The notes beneath the pieces were generated by a model. It was given only the letters and a program-made list of their open reading frames with translations, made no database searches and was not told the origin of the DNA. The position numbers and the translations under genes were made by a program. This document shows, in pieces, positions 50,083-62,323 of a stretch of DNA of 64,000 nt (within the stretch, counting starts at the first letter, position 1; every line of letters starts with the position of its first letter). The DNA comes from Mobula hypostoma. Lineage: Eukaryota. Location of the stretch: the NCBI RefSeq assembly GCF_963921235.1, contig NC_086097.1, positions 74,464,001 through 74,528,000 of the forward strand. The letters are read 5' to 3'.

Positions 50083-50885
50083 TTACCCAGAGGACTGGTG
50101 GAAACATTTATAAGGAGGCAGAGATGTTGAGAAGATAATAAGGTGGAAGAAGAATTCATGAAGTGGAGTGGGGGGAGTTCAGAATGGGCCAGGGAAAGGA
50201 CAGGGAGGGGGCCATAATAAGATAGATTTGAGGAGACAAGTGCAAAGATCATTGGAAGCCAGAGAGAATTTCAAGAGGACTGGGTGAGTGGAGGGAAGAT
50301 TGAGAAGGAAGGCAAGTAAAGTGGTGCAGGGGAAAGTTCAGAGAGATGGGTGGTGAGGGGTCATGGGATCAGAGAGAAGACTGAACATACCAAAGAATTG
50401 CATCAGTGGGATGGTAGAAGATGGTGGGAAGTAGCAGCAAGAGACCCAAGGAGTGATGGAAGGGCTTTTCAAGACTCAGGAGTTCATTCTTTGTGGAGTG
50501 CATGGACGCAGAAGATGTAGCACGAGAATGTTAAGAGGGAAAAGAAACTTAACTTCAGGAGGAATAAACCATCTTGAGAGGTTCTCCACCAGCAGACTCT
50601 CCACACAAGCTCATCCAAGGATGATCCTTCAGGCAGAATCTGGTCTTCACCCTCTGGTGAAGGCCTACTGTGCTGTCAAGGCCCTCACGATTTATGAACT
50701 GTGTATGTTCAGTACAATATAAACACACACCTATGACATCAGTTGTATGTTCTATGCCAATAGATGTTGCACCACAGTGGCCTCAGCACATGTACCAGAT
50801 TCATGGTGGACCTTTCTTACAAATTAGAGTAGTGTGGTACATATACACAAAGCATCTGGTCACATTTAGAATCAGATTACTGAGA

Positions 50886-51576
50886 AGATAGATTATAGGT
50901 TATGAGGACACTCAGTCCTCATTTATTGTCATTTAGAAATGCATGCATGCATTAAGAAATGATACAATGTTCCTCCAGAGTGATATCACACAAAAACAGG
51001 ACAAACCAAAGACTAATACTGACAAAACCATATAATTATAACATATAGTTACAGCAGTGCAAAACAATATCATAATTTGATAAAGAACAGACCATGGGCA
51101 CGGTTAAAAAAAAAGTCTCAAGTCCCGATCGACTCCTATAGTCTCCAATAGCAGGTGGCAAAAAGGGAGAAACTCCCCTGCCATAAGCCTCCAGGCAGTG
51201 ACAACTGACAACTGCCAATGCATTGGAAGCACCCGACCACAGCTGAGTGAGTCTGTCCAAAAACTTTAAGCCTCCAACCAGCCCCTCCGATACAGCACCC
51301 GAGCGCCATCCTCTGCCGAGCGCCTTCGACCTTGTCCCGGCCACCAAAGCAAGCAAAGCCGAGAACTCAGAGGCCTACTCCTCCGGAGATTCCGGACCAC
51401 ACAGTACCAGCAGCGGCGAAGTGGGCATTTCAGAAATTTCTCCAAATGTTCCTCCGCGCTCTCACGTCTGTCTCCATCAAATCAGAATTGTGCACGGTAC
51501 ATTACTTAACAAATACTGATATCATTGCGGAGTGACCGCGCGTGCTGCATCGCGCCGCCATCTTCTCCTCCTCCTC
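50886..51576 (-). mobile_element. Non-autonomous retroposon (~690 bp), copy 2
   Basis: Colinear with 8439-9112; minus-strand head ggaggaggagaagatggcggcgcg; candidate TSD ctgaga at 50880-50885 and 51577-51582. Confidence 0.8.
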
Positions 51577-51919
51577 CTGAGATTCAAGTGTAATTGAATT
51601 CAGCACTGCCAGTGCAACATCTACCTGAAGCTTCAAAAAGTTACATGGTGAATTAGAAAGATCTCGAAGACAACATCAGTTCCAAGTCCAAAAGGCAGGA
51701 TCAGAAAGGTATTTCAGAACTAGGGTCATGTCTAATGTGAGAAGGTGACTGGTGTTAAAAGAAATGATTGTAAGTACTTTTGTATTACAACATTATGTAC
51801 AGCCCAACTGCAAGTGGGAATAGTTGAAATTAGTTACCCATGAGAAAACCGCATTTTGGGAATATGTTTGATTTTTTTTGAATGATGAGATAAACCATGT
51901 TAAAAATCTTCATAGTTAG

Positions 51920-52228
51920 TCTACTGCTCTTGCAGTGCATTGCATACAAAGCTAGGTGTGGAGCTGAACACCTTCTCAAAAATCACCTGAGCTGAATACT
52001 TTTTTCAGGGTTTTTAAACGAGAAAACTTTGTGACAAGATATTACTGTTTCAAGGGCAAATGAAGAGTGGATGAAGATGGATGTCTTTCTACTGTGTGTG
52101 CTTCAAGTCTAAATCTAAATCAACCCACATGGGAAATGATGTAAAAAAAAGCTTACAAACAGGAAGTGGTGTTTGTATGTACAAAACAGACTACATACAA
52201 AAAGAACAGCACACCTAGAGGCAGAACA
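51920..52228 (-). repeat. BEL/Pao 3' LTR
   Basis: Diverged direct repeat of 55153-55429; starts TGTTCTG on the minus strand after a purine tract. Confidence 0.85.
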
Positions 52229-52627
52229 CTCCTGCCTGACAACCATGATGTCAAACTTAACTACTGAAAATAAAATTCAAATGATCATTTTAAGATTTTG
52301 GCAAAAGAATGGACAGTCTCAGAGACTAGTCTTTAAAAAGTCTTACTGCACAGTCTTTAACCATTCTCGCTTCAAAAATATTGTCCTTGATGACATACTT
52401 GTCATGGTAATGTCTGGTAAGAGACTGGTGACACGGTGCTCACCCAGAATGACAACTGGGTGAGATACCTATGAAGTGAGTTGTGCCTCCTTAATATGTC
52501 CTCCAACTTCCATGTAGCCCCTCAGAATCAAGAAAGGGATAGAGTTCACTGAGGTAACTTTGGATTGGAAGAGGTTCCTGCTTTGTGATGCACTGCACTT
52601 CCTCTGCATACACCTGTCTTTGAACAT

Positions 52628-52770
52628 AGTGATAGTCATACTTTATTAATCCCGGGGGAAATTGGTTTTCGTTACAGTTGCTCCACAAATAATAAATAGT
52701 AATAGAACCATAAATAGTTAAATAGTAATATGTAAATTATGCCAGTAAATTATGAAATAAGTCCAGGAAC
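52628..52770 (-). mobile_element. Rex/Babar 3' tail inside BEL
   Basis: Minus strand gcaactgtaacgaaaaccaatttcccccgggattaataaagtatgacta. Confidence 0.7.
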
Positions 52771-53583
52771 AACAAGATGGATTCTAACCTTTGCCCAATT
52801 CAGTTGCTCTGTGCTAAGAGTTTGCTTACAAATTGCCAACTAATGCAAAGGCTGTCTTTGGCTACTCTTTTCTCAAGATTCAAAGGAGGACCACATCTTC
52901 AATGCAAGATGCCAGTTTATTATCATTTTCCAAGTGACAGAAGACCAGCTTGCCTGCATCTGGTTGAGTAGAGGTAATTATGTTGGGGTGCTCGGTTTGC
53001 TTGACCACAATCTTCTCTTTCATATGGATTCTACTCTCACAGAGCTTGGATGTCCATTCTCCCAGATAAAAGTCTTGACTTTGCTGACAGTGGGTTGATG
53101 AGCTCCATCAACGTAGACTTCACTCATGATGACCCAACCCCGGTCCAATCATTGCGCATAAGGTGTGTTGTGCCAGCCATTGCACTGTTCATGTACCTTA
53201 GGTTCATCAATGGTGTCTCTGCCAACAGGAGAATCTCAGCAGAAGAGTCAAGTGGGGGAATCTTGTCATCTATGTCCTTAAGGTGCGAATGACAACATGC
53301 AGCTTCAGGGATTGGAATTTCATCCCTGCAGTTGGGAATATGGTGCACTCAATGAAGGTTGGCAGGGGTAAGCAGACCTCTCCTCCTATTGACTCCACAA
53401 CAAATCCACTGGCTCTTCTTCTAACAGAAGAAGACTTTAGAGTGTATGAGGAGACCAAACCTTGGAAATTGAATACGTCAAAAAATGTTGACTTTGCTGA
53501 TGTTTAATTGCTCTGATCATTTAATATTGTATGTCTTCATTTTTACTCAGGATGTCCCTTTGGGTAGATGCTAGCTAGACATA

Positions 53584-53914
53584 CGAGGGGTGATTGATAA
53601 ATTCGTGGCCCAGGGTAGAAGGAGTCAGTTTTAGAAAACCTAGCACATTTATTTTTCCTACATTTACACACTTAGTCCAACGGTTGTGGAGCATATGGAT
53701 CCCTTCTTTGTAGAAGTTGGCATCTTGGACCTCCATAAAGTGGTCCACAACAGGGGTGATAGATAAGTTTGTGGCCTAAGGTAGAAGGAGATGAGTTATT
53801 AACTTCAAACTTTCTGCATTTTCACTCAAAGTTTTGAACTGCGCATGCATGTAACAAGAGCAGTAGAACTCATCTCCTTCTACCTTAGGCCACGAACTTA
53901 TCAATCACCCCTAG
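53584..53914. mobile_element. Mariner-type MITE
   Basis: TA-flanked ~40-bp TIRs (cgaggggtgattgataaattcgtggcc.../...ggccacgaacttatcaatcacccctag); extra internal TIR copy at ~53752-53797. Confidence 0.88.
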
Positions 53915-55152
53915 TATTTTAGAGCAGGATTTGCCTTGAGATCCTTTCCCGCATGCCTCTGTGCGTGAGGAAGTAGTCACATCTGATGGATGCTCAACCG
54001 GGTCCCTGCCGTGCTCTGCTGTGGGTGTGCTGGAAATGGCAGTAGCTCAAGCTGCTGGCCCTGAATGTAGCACCGATATGTGTTAGTAACTAAAGGGTAG
54101 CCTTACAGTCCTTTGCTTGGTGTGCTGTTGAAGCACAACATTGAAAGCATACTGAGTGCTCCTTTAGAAAAAGTCCCCAGTTTGCTGGCAGTTATTCTCA
54201 AGTCTGCTGATAAAAGATTCTTTGACTGCCTCTGGAGAGCCATAGCATTTTTCCAGCCTCTGACACAGCATTTTCAAACCCATAGCTGCATTATCAATGT
54301 GCACTGCCCTAACGCTTGTTGCATGTTGCAACGGCTCCCCAGCAAGTCACTTACAGAGAATGTCTAGCTCTTCACTGGGTCTGAGATTTAGTCCTTCCAC
54401 AGCATTGTGAAAGCTTGACTTCCAGGATAGGTAACTGTCAGGCTGGTTGTCAAGCACTTCTAGTCTGGGTGTGATTGGGTCCCGACAAGCCAGATACCAA
54501 GCCAAATCTAATGCACCCGCAACTCCTGAATGAGGGCATTGAGGAGACAGTTTTGCCAGAAGTGTGTCCTGGGATGGATGGAGGCTCGGTCTGTGCAGAC
54601 AAGATCAGCATCAGTGGCAACTCTTGACTGAAGCCTTTGCTGTGATGAACTGCAGAAGGGGTGTTGTGGGTCTTTGCTGCTGTAGACATTGACTGTCAAT
54701 GCCTGGACTAAGTGAAAGGCATTTTGGCTGAATGGTGTGGGCAGCTTCTACCTGTAGAGCCGGAGCATTGTCTTTTTCATAGCCAAAGCATAACTGATTA
54801 TGGTTGTGGACTCAGAACTGTCTAAGTCACCTGCTGCTTCATACACCTTTGCTTCTGCTAAGGCAGTGTCAGTTTCAGGCTCTCCCCTGAGTGCACTCAA
54901 TGCAACCTTCATATAAGCTTTCCCAGCATCACATTTAGCATAAGCCGCTCGTGTTCTTGCTGCTTCGGCTCTGATGTGAGCTCATGCTGCAGCTATGCTG
55001 TTTGCAGATCTTGTTCTGCGCCGTATTCTGATCTCACTTCTAGGTCTTGGCGATTGACATTGCTCAGGTCAGAAGCTGACATTGTAGCATACAACATTCG
55101 GACATGTCTCCAGTTGGCAGGCAATGCCTTTGAAAATGAGTTATCTTTTCAC

Positions 55153-55429
55153 TCTACTGCCCTCGCAGTGTGAGGCATACAAAGCTAGGCAGGGAATTAA
55201 TCACCTTTTCAAAAATCAGACTTTCTTCAGGGTTTTTAATGAGAAAACCTTTTTGAAAAGATATTGCTGTTTCAAGGGTAAATAAAGAATGGATGGAGAT
55301 AGATGCTTTTCTACCATATGTGCTTCAAGTTAAAATCCAAATTACCCATGCTGGAAATTAAGTAAAAAACAGCTTATGAAGAGGAAATGATGCTTGTACA
55401 AAGCAAACAGCACCTCTAGTAGTAGGACA
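55153..55429 (-). repeat. BEL/Pao 5' LTR
   Basis: Direct repeat of 51920-52228, followed on the minus strand by gtgaaaag internal start. Confidence 0.85.
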
Positions 55430-56308
55430 GTTAGGCAGTCATAATAAGTATTATACCCAACCGCAAACCCACTGAAGGCACTTCTCTTTCCTGTCATTGA
55501 TACCAGGTATCAATAGGTTCAATAGTTACATATAATGCCAGAGAAATGTGTACAATATACATCCTGAAATTCTTTTTCTTTGCAAACATCCACGAAAACA
55601 GAAAACATGTACAGTGCTAAGTTAAAATTTTGTCCAAAAAGTTTGATTGCCTCTTTCATTCTCTATCTATACCCTCAACAAGTCCATTCCCTATAAAATG
55701 TATATGGTCCATGAACAAAACTCACCGTATTTTAGGGAACCTCCTTAAGAACTCACAAGAAAAAAAAATCTTACCACATGCTTGACTATCACTTTTCTTC
55801 TTCAAAACTTCTCTCTCAATGTAAAATCTTTTTGAGTAATTGAGGACAAAAACTCTTCATCCAATCTCACACATTGGAATTGTGTTTTTTTCCTTTATTT
55901 CTTAACATATGTCAAATAAAAAGTCATGCAAGGAAATTAAACTCAGCTCGGCCACAGAGCAGCAGCATGAGCTCCCATTAATTTATTTGATGGGAATTAT
56001 CACGTTTCTGGTACTGTACAGTCAGGAAAATGTTGCTGTAAAATTGGGTGTCAGTGGCCACTCCCCAGCCTACAGTTAGACATTGCCAAGAGGGCTTCAT
56101 GAAGTAAGAGGGCAATTTTGGTTAAGATGGGCCTTAAAGTTTACTAACACAGTTATCAAAAGCATTTTGCTCCTGCTTGCCTTACAAAAGAATAATGTGT
56201 CCTTCAGAGATTCTGCCTTGCCATTCTCCACTCTCTGACTTCCTTCAGACTGTCAAGAATGCCTCTCACACCAGAGCTAAAATTCACTTGACGCTCGGGA
56301 GGAAAAAC

Positions 56309-56730
56309 TTACTACTGCCCATTACGGTGCTGGCGTTCAGGGCAGCAATGAAGATCCTCCATCTCCGGTGGTGTTCAGAGCTTCCTCATTATGTCAGTAG
56401 TTTCCTCTCGCTTTTCACTACTGTTAGTCATGCAACTCCCAGGTGGAGCCTCAGGAATACTGTCGCACACAGATGGAGAATAATTCTTCATTGCTGTTTC
56501 CATAACAATTTTGTTTTACCAGTCAGGGTTGTTAGCCCTGAGCTGAGCCCCTGAACTTGGAGGACTGGTGGACCACTTTTAGTCTGACCTCTACCCTTTG
56601 ACCTGTTTGGCATGGATGACCCTACCAAGATCCAAAGCATAAAGCCCTAATTCCAGCCAATATAGATCTCCAGGTCATTGAGACACACAAGCTTCCAAAC
56701 GCAATGACAAGGTTGTGATCCTCTTGAAGG
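56309..56730 (-). mobile_element. Bipartite non-autonomous RTE derivative (5' UTR joined to 3' end)
   Basis: Minus-strand head cacaaccttgtcattgcg...ggtagggtcatccatgccaaacaggtcaaaggg resembles an RTE 5' UTR; tail encodes WRIFIAALNAS then cagtagtaa; TSD tcgggaggaaaaac / tcaggagaaaaac. Confidence 0.7.
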
Positions 56731-56904
56731 TCAGGAGAAAAACAAGCAGAAAATGATTAGATAAGACTTCCAGGTAATTTCAGCCACCCACCTTTCTGAT
56801 TTGCTTTGGATAGTGGGATTGAAATTTCCCCCTCTCAGACTCTTTTTTTAAATTAAAATCACACACCATGAAACAGCTTATTAATAACAAATTATTTTCT
56901 GCCT

Positions 56905-57120
56905 TTTAGAACATAGAACATGACAATCAAGCACAGAAAAGGGCCTCTGGCCCATGATGTTATGCTAGCCAATATAAACTCACTCCACAATCATTCTAAC
57001 CCTTCTCTCCTGCACAGCCTATTACCCTCTATTTTTGTTACATACTCCTATCTAAGAGTCTTTTAAATCTTCCCATTGTATCAGCTTCCACCACTGTCCC
57101 CGGCAGTACATTCTAGGCAC
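56905..57120 (-). mobile_element. CR1 3' tail
   Basis: agaacatagaaca...gggcctctggcccatgatgtt...taagagtcttttaaat. Confidence 0.7.
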
Positions 57121-57907
57121 ATTTTCTTTAAGTAAACTGTCTTTCCTCATTTACCCTGCCTTTTCTCCAATTTCATACACATTTTATGACTGCATATTAT
57201 TAGCAATGACCTTTACCTAGCTTTCTCAACAAAGTCATTGATAGTTTTCCATTTCCTGAAAGAGTGCTCCATTCCCAGAATCCTGACATCACTCTCAATT
57301 TGCAAATGGGACTACAGCCAACCATTCCCAACCCCAGGAAGTTAATTGTAAAGAAATATTACAGTGAAATAAATAATTTGAAACTTCCTCAGTCAGTCTT
57401 GCACCAGTTTCTGTACTAATCCCAACACAGTGAACATAATTTATTTCTTACATAGCACTTAGTTGCTTGGTTCAGCTTTGTGCTTCCCCGAGCAGTATTT
57501 CTGCAATGACAAATTAGGAGAACTGTGAAGAGTCTAGCCAAGAACCAAAATGATGTTTCCATATTAGGATATCTGACTGGTGAGAGGTCCTGAAAGAGTG
57601 GTGCAACAATTGAAGAAATACAATTCTGTGTCAGTCTTTGTTTATGTTATAACATTCCTTCATAAGCTTCATAGGAAAGCTCCAATCTATGCTTCATGCA
57701 GCTCAGAAATAGTACATTACTATTACAGTCCAGTAAGCACTGTAGGTCAACTCAAATCAGAAGAGAAAGTAGAAAAGAGCACTGACATTTTCAGATAAAA
57801 TTACTGACTAAATAAATGAAAAACTGCAGTGATTAAATAATAAATAATGGGGAAAATACTCAAAAAAATTTTAAAATACTCAAAAGGAAATATGCCAAGA
57901 GTAAATA

Positions 57908-58690
57908 TAGTGGATTCCAGTTAATTGGGACACATTGGGACTAGTACATTTTGGTCCAATTAAACAGCTGCCCCAATTAGCTGAAGTTTCATGGAAATAG
58001 TTAAAAAGGTATAAAAAGACAAACTACCCTTTAACTGAGTAACAAATTATGTATTTAAATGAAATAGAGAACAAATTAGAACACTACTAATGCTACTACA
58101 GTACTATAAAACTGAGCAATAGTTCCTAGTAGTTATCAACGGACAAATTTACACATTGTATGGTGCGTGTTCTGTAGATTGTCTGGAAATGAACAAAATC
58201 AGAGCCGACTCCTAGCATAAATAACTGACTGCCTTCATATAATTCTATTGATAATTGCATCCTCCAAATTTTATTTTCATTGTAACATTCAAGGTGAGTG
58301 CTGACACCTTCAAATTCTTTGCAGATCCTAACTTGTTGAAGTAGTGCAATTATTTCATATTCACTGCTGGTCGTTTCTTGCATCTCCAAGCCTGAATGCT
58401 TGAATCACAGTGAGCAAAATGGTTCTGAATTGTATTACTGCTCATTTCTCACCAACTACCAGTGACAAAAATCACTATTTTTTGAACACAAGCACATGCA
58501 ACTGGGGCCATTTAAAAACTGTTCGCTCTAGGCGGTTGTAATACCTAATGGCCACAAAAGTACTCACAACTGACGCTAGTTAGAAACTGTTTTGCAACAG
58601 TCCCCTGCCCAAATAAATGAAGGGAATTCCAGCTATTTTCATGGTTAGTTTCTGTCCTTTGAGAGTTGTCCCAAATAAATAGCTGCTGTT
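57908..58690. mobile_element. Non-autonomous pogo/Tigger-like element, copy 2 (right TIR lost)
   Basis: Colinear with 39604-40426; both carry a minus-strand remnant WRMQ.SI.LY.GS...DFVH. Confidence 0.8.
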
Positions 58691-59318
58691 AATGACCTGT
58701 GATATTCAACACATCAATATTGTACATCTTATTGACTTTATAGGAAATGCAAAAAACTCCTATGACTGTTCTCTCCACTGACTAAACCACGAAGAATAAA
58801 TTAAGACCATAAAATATAAAAGCAGAATTAGGCCATTCAGCCCATCGAGTCTGCTGTGTCATTCAATCATGGGCTGATCCAATTCTTCCCGTCATCCCCA
58901 CTCCCCTGCCTTCTCCCCATACCCTTTGTTACCCTGGCTAATCAAGAACCTATCTATCTCTGCCTTAAATGCACCCAATGACTTGGCCTCCACAGCCACT
59001 CATGGCTACAAATTCCACAGATTTACCACCCTCTGACTAAAGTAATTTCTCCGCATCTCTGTTCTAAACAGACGTCCTTCAGTCCTGAAGTCGTGCCTTC
59101 TTGTCCTAGACTCCCCAACCATGGGAAATAACTTTGCCATATCTAATCTGTTCAGGCCTTTTAACATTTGGAATGTTTCTATGAGATTCCCCCCTCATTC
59201 TCCTGAACTCCAGGGAATACATAGAAACATAGAAACATAGAAAATAGGTGCAGGAGTAGGCCATTCGGCCCTTCGAGCCTGCACCGCCATTTATTATGAT
59301 CATGGCTGATCATCCAAC

Positions 59319-62318
59319 TCAGAACCCAGCCTTCCCTCCATACCCCCTGACCCCTGTAGCCACAAGGGCCATATCTAACTTCCTTTTAAACATAGCTAAT
59401 GAACTGGCCTCAACAGTTTGCTGTGGCAGAGAATTCCACAGATTCACCACTCTCTGTGTGAAGAAGTTTTTCCTAACCTCGGTCCTAAAAGGCTTCCCCT
59501 CTATCCTCAAACTGTGACCCCTCGTTCTAGACCTCCCCAACATCGGGAACAATCTTCCTGCATCTAGCCTGTCCAATCCCTTTAGGATCTTATACGTTTC
59601 AATCAGATCCCCCCTCAATCTTCTAAATTCCAACGAGTACAAGCCCAGTTCATCCAGTCTTTCTTCATATGAAAGACCTGCCATCCCAGGAATCAATCTG
59701 GTGAACCTTCTTTGTACTCCCTCTATGGCAAAGATGTCTTTCCTCAGATTAGGGGACCAAAACTGCACACAATACTCCAGGTGTGGTCTCACCAAGGCCT
59801 TGTACAACTGCAGTAGTACCTCCCTGCTCCTGTACTCGAATCCTCTCGCTATAAATGCCAGCATACCGTTCGCCTTTTTCACCGCCTGCTGTACCTGCAT
59901 GCCCACTTTCAATGACTGGTGTATAATGACACCCAGGTCTCGTTGCACCTCCCCTTTTCCTAATCGGCCACCATTCAGATAATAATCTGTTTTCCTATTT
60001 TTGCCACCAAAGTGGATAACTTCACATTTATCCACATTAAATTGCATCTGCCATGAGTTTGCCCACTCACCCAACCTATCCAAGTCACCCTGCATCCTCT
60101 TAGCATCCTCCTCACTGCTAACACTGCCACCCAGCTTCGTGTCATCCGCAAACTTGGAGATGCTGCATTTAATTCCCTCATCCAAGTCATTAATATATAT
60201 TGTAAACAACTGGGGTCCCAGCACTGAGCCTTGCGGTACCCCACTAGTCACCGCCTGCCATTCTGAAAAGGTCCCGTTTATTCCCACTCTTTGCTTCCTG
60301 TCTGCTAACCAATTCTCCACCCACACCAATACCTTACCCCCAATACCGTGTGCTTTAAGTTTGCACACTAATCTCCTATGTGGGACCTTGTCAAAAGCCT
60401 TTTGAAAATCCAAATATACCACATCCACTGGTTCTCCCCTATCCACTCTACTAGTTACATCCTCAAAAAATTCTATGAGATTCGTCAGACATGATTTTCC
60501 TTTCACAAATCCATGCTGACTTTGTCCGATCATTTCACCGCTTTCCAAATGTGCTGTTATCACATCCTTGATAACTGACTCCAGCAGTTTCCCCACCACC
60601 GACGTTAGGCTAACCGGCCTATAATTCCCCGGTTTCTCTCTCCCTCCTTTTTTAAAAAGTGGGGTTACATTAGCCACCCTCCAATCCTCAGGAACTAGTC
60701 CAGAATCTAACGAGTTTTGAAAAATTATCACTAATGCATCCACTATTTCTTGGGCCACTTCCTTAAGCACTCTGGGATGCAGACCATCTGGCCCTGGGGA
60801 TTTATCTGCCTTCAATCCCTTCAATTTACCTAACACCACTTCCCTACTAACATGTATTTCGCTCAGTTCCTCCATCTCACTGGACCCTCTGTCCCTTACT
60901 ATTTCTGGAAGATTATTTATGTCCTCCTTAGTGAAGACAGAACCAAAGTAATTATTCAATTGGTCTGCCATGTCCTTGCTCCCCATAATCAATTCACCTG
61001 TTTCTGTTTGCAGGGGACCTACATTTGTCTTTATCAGTCTTTTCCTTTTTACATATCTATAAAAGCTTTTACAGTCCGTTTTTATGTTCTCTGCCAGTTT
61101 TCTCTCATAATCTTTTTTCCCCTTCCTAATTAAGCCCTTTGTCCTCCTCTGCTGAACTCTGAATTTCTCCCAGTCCTCAGGTGAGCCACTTTCTCTGGCT
61201 AATTTGTATGCTACTTCTTTGGAATTGATACTATCCCTAATTTCTCTTGTCAGCCACGGGTGCACTACCTTCCTTGATTTATTCTTTTGCCAAACTGGGA
61301 TGAACAATTGTTGTAGTTCATCCATGCAACCTTTAAATGCCTGCCATTGCATATCCACCGTCAATCCTTGAAGTGTCATTTGCCAGTCTATCTTAGCTAA
61401 TTCATGTCTCATACCTTCAAAGTTACCCCTCTTTAAGTTCAGAACCTTTGTTTCTGAATTAACTACGTCACTCTCCATGTTAATGAAGAATTCCACCATA
61501 TTATGGTCACTCTTACCCAAGGGGCCTCTCACGACAAGATCGCTAATTAACCCTTCCTCATTGCTCAAAACCCAGTCCAGAATAGCCTGCTCTCTAGTCG
61601 GTTCCTCGACATGTTGGTTCAAAAAACCATCCCGCATACATTCCAAGAAATCCTCTTCCTCAGCACCTTTACCAATTTGGTTCACCCAGTCTACATGTAG
61701 ATTGAAGTCACCCATTATAACTGCTGTTCCTTTATTGCACACATTTCTAATTTCCTGTTTAATACCATCTCCGACCTCACTACTACTGTTAGGTGGCCTG
61801 TACACAACTCCCACCAGCGTCTTCTGCCCCTTAGTGTTACGCAGCTCTACCCATATCGATTCCACATCTTCCCGGCTTATGTCCTTCCTTTCTATTGCGT
61901 TAATCTCTTTTTTAACCAGCAACGCCACCCCACCTCCCCTTCCTTCGTGTCTATCCCTCCTGAATATTGAATATCCCTGAACGTTGAGCTCCCATCCCTG
62001 ATCACCCTGGAGCCATGTCTCTGTGATCCCAACTATATCATAATCATTAATAACAATCTGCACTTTCAATTCATCCACCTTATTACGAATGCTCCTTGCA
62101 TTGACACATAAAGCCTTCAGGCACTCTTTTACAACTCTCTTAGCCCTTTTTAATGCTTGCCCTGGATTTGTCGGCCTGCCACTTTTACTTTTCCCCTTTG
62201 TACTTTTTGCTTCTACGCTCACTTTACACCCCTCTGTCTCTCTGCACTGGTTCCCATCCCTCTGTTGTGAACTAACCTCCTCACACCTAGCCGCTTTAAT
62301 TTGATTCCCACCCCCCAA
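59319..62318 (-). CDS. CR1 ORF2: APE endonuclease plus reverse transcriptase (no N-terminal AUG; frame open from 62339)
   Basis: 999 codons; APE motifs NARS, ITETW, GDFN, SDH; RT motifs YRPVSLTS, YLDFQKAFD, GVPQGSVLGP, FADD; the track start is TTG and the first Met lies in VIMGDFN. Confidence 0.97.
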   Translation of the reverse strand: MGGGNQIKAARCEEVSSQQRDGNQCRETEGCKVSVEAKSTKGKSKSGRPTNPGQALKRAKRVVKECLKALCVNARSIRNKVDELKVQIVINDYDIVGITETWLQGDQGWELNVQGYSIFRRDRHEGRGGGVALLVKKEINAIERKDISREDVESIWVELRNTKGQKTLVGVVYRPPNSSSEVGDGIKQEIRNVCNKGTAVIMGDFNLHVDWVNQIGKGAEEEDFLECMRDGFLNQHVEEPTREQAILDWVLSNEEGLISDLVVRGPLGKSDHNMVEFFINMESDVVNSETKVLNLKRGNFEGMRHELAKIDWQMTLQGLTVDMQWQAFKGCMDELQQLFIPVWQKNKSRKVVHPWLTREIRDSINSKEVAYKLARESGSPEDWEKFRVQQRRTKGLIRKGKKDYERKLAENIKTDCKSFYRYVKRKRLIKTNVGPLQTETGELIMGSKDMADQLNNYFGSVFTKEDINNLPEIVRDRGSSEMEELSEIHVSREVVLGKLKGLKADKSPGPDGLHPRVLKEVAQEIVDALVIIFQNSLDSGLVPEDWRVANVTPLFKKGGREKPGNYRPVSLTSVVGKLLESVIKDVITAHLESGEMIGQSQHGFVKGKSCLTNLIEFFEDVTSRVDRGEPVDVVYLDFQKAFDKVPHRRLVCKLKAHGIGGKVLVWVENWLADRKQRVGINGTFSEWQAVTSGVPQGSVLGPQLFTIYINDLDEGIKCSISKFADDTKLGGSVSSEEDAKRMQGDLDRLGEWANSWQMQFNVDKCEVIHFGGKNRKTDYYLNGGRLGKGEVQRDLGVIIHQSLKVGMQVQQAVKKANGMLAFIARGFEYRSREVLLQLYKALVRPHLEYCVQFWSPNLRKDIFAIEGVQRRFTRLIPGMAGLSYEERLDELGLYSLEFRRLRGDLIETYKILKGLDRLDAGRLFPMLGRSRTRGHSLRIEGKPFRTEVRKNFFTQRVVNLWNSLPQQTVEASSLAMFKRKLDMALVATGVRGYGGKAGF

Positions 62319-62323
62319 CCATT

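Larger units (their letters stand above)
51920..55429 (-). mobile_element. Internally deleted BEL/Pao LTR retrotransposon with both LTRs and a perfect 5-bp TSD
   Basis: Direct repeats 51920-52228 and 55153-55429; gttag at 51915-51919 and 55430-55434; PPT-like caggcaggag before the 3' LTR; remnants IPNCRDEIPIPEAACCHSHLKDIDDKIPPLDSSAEILLL, LYPFLDSEGL, HPVVIL..H.VTSLL..HYH. Confidence 0.9.

Noticed and set aside
50090..50680. Purine-rich tract and 89-aa ORF
   Set aside because: Low complexity, possibly a decayed Penelope remnant; not assignable with confidence
62296..62322. AUG just after the ORF1 stop as a stop-restart initiator for ORF2
   Set aside because: It is in the +1 frame and ends at TAA after 8 codons; it cannot produce ORF2
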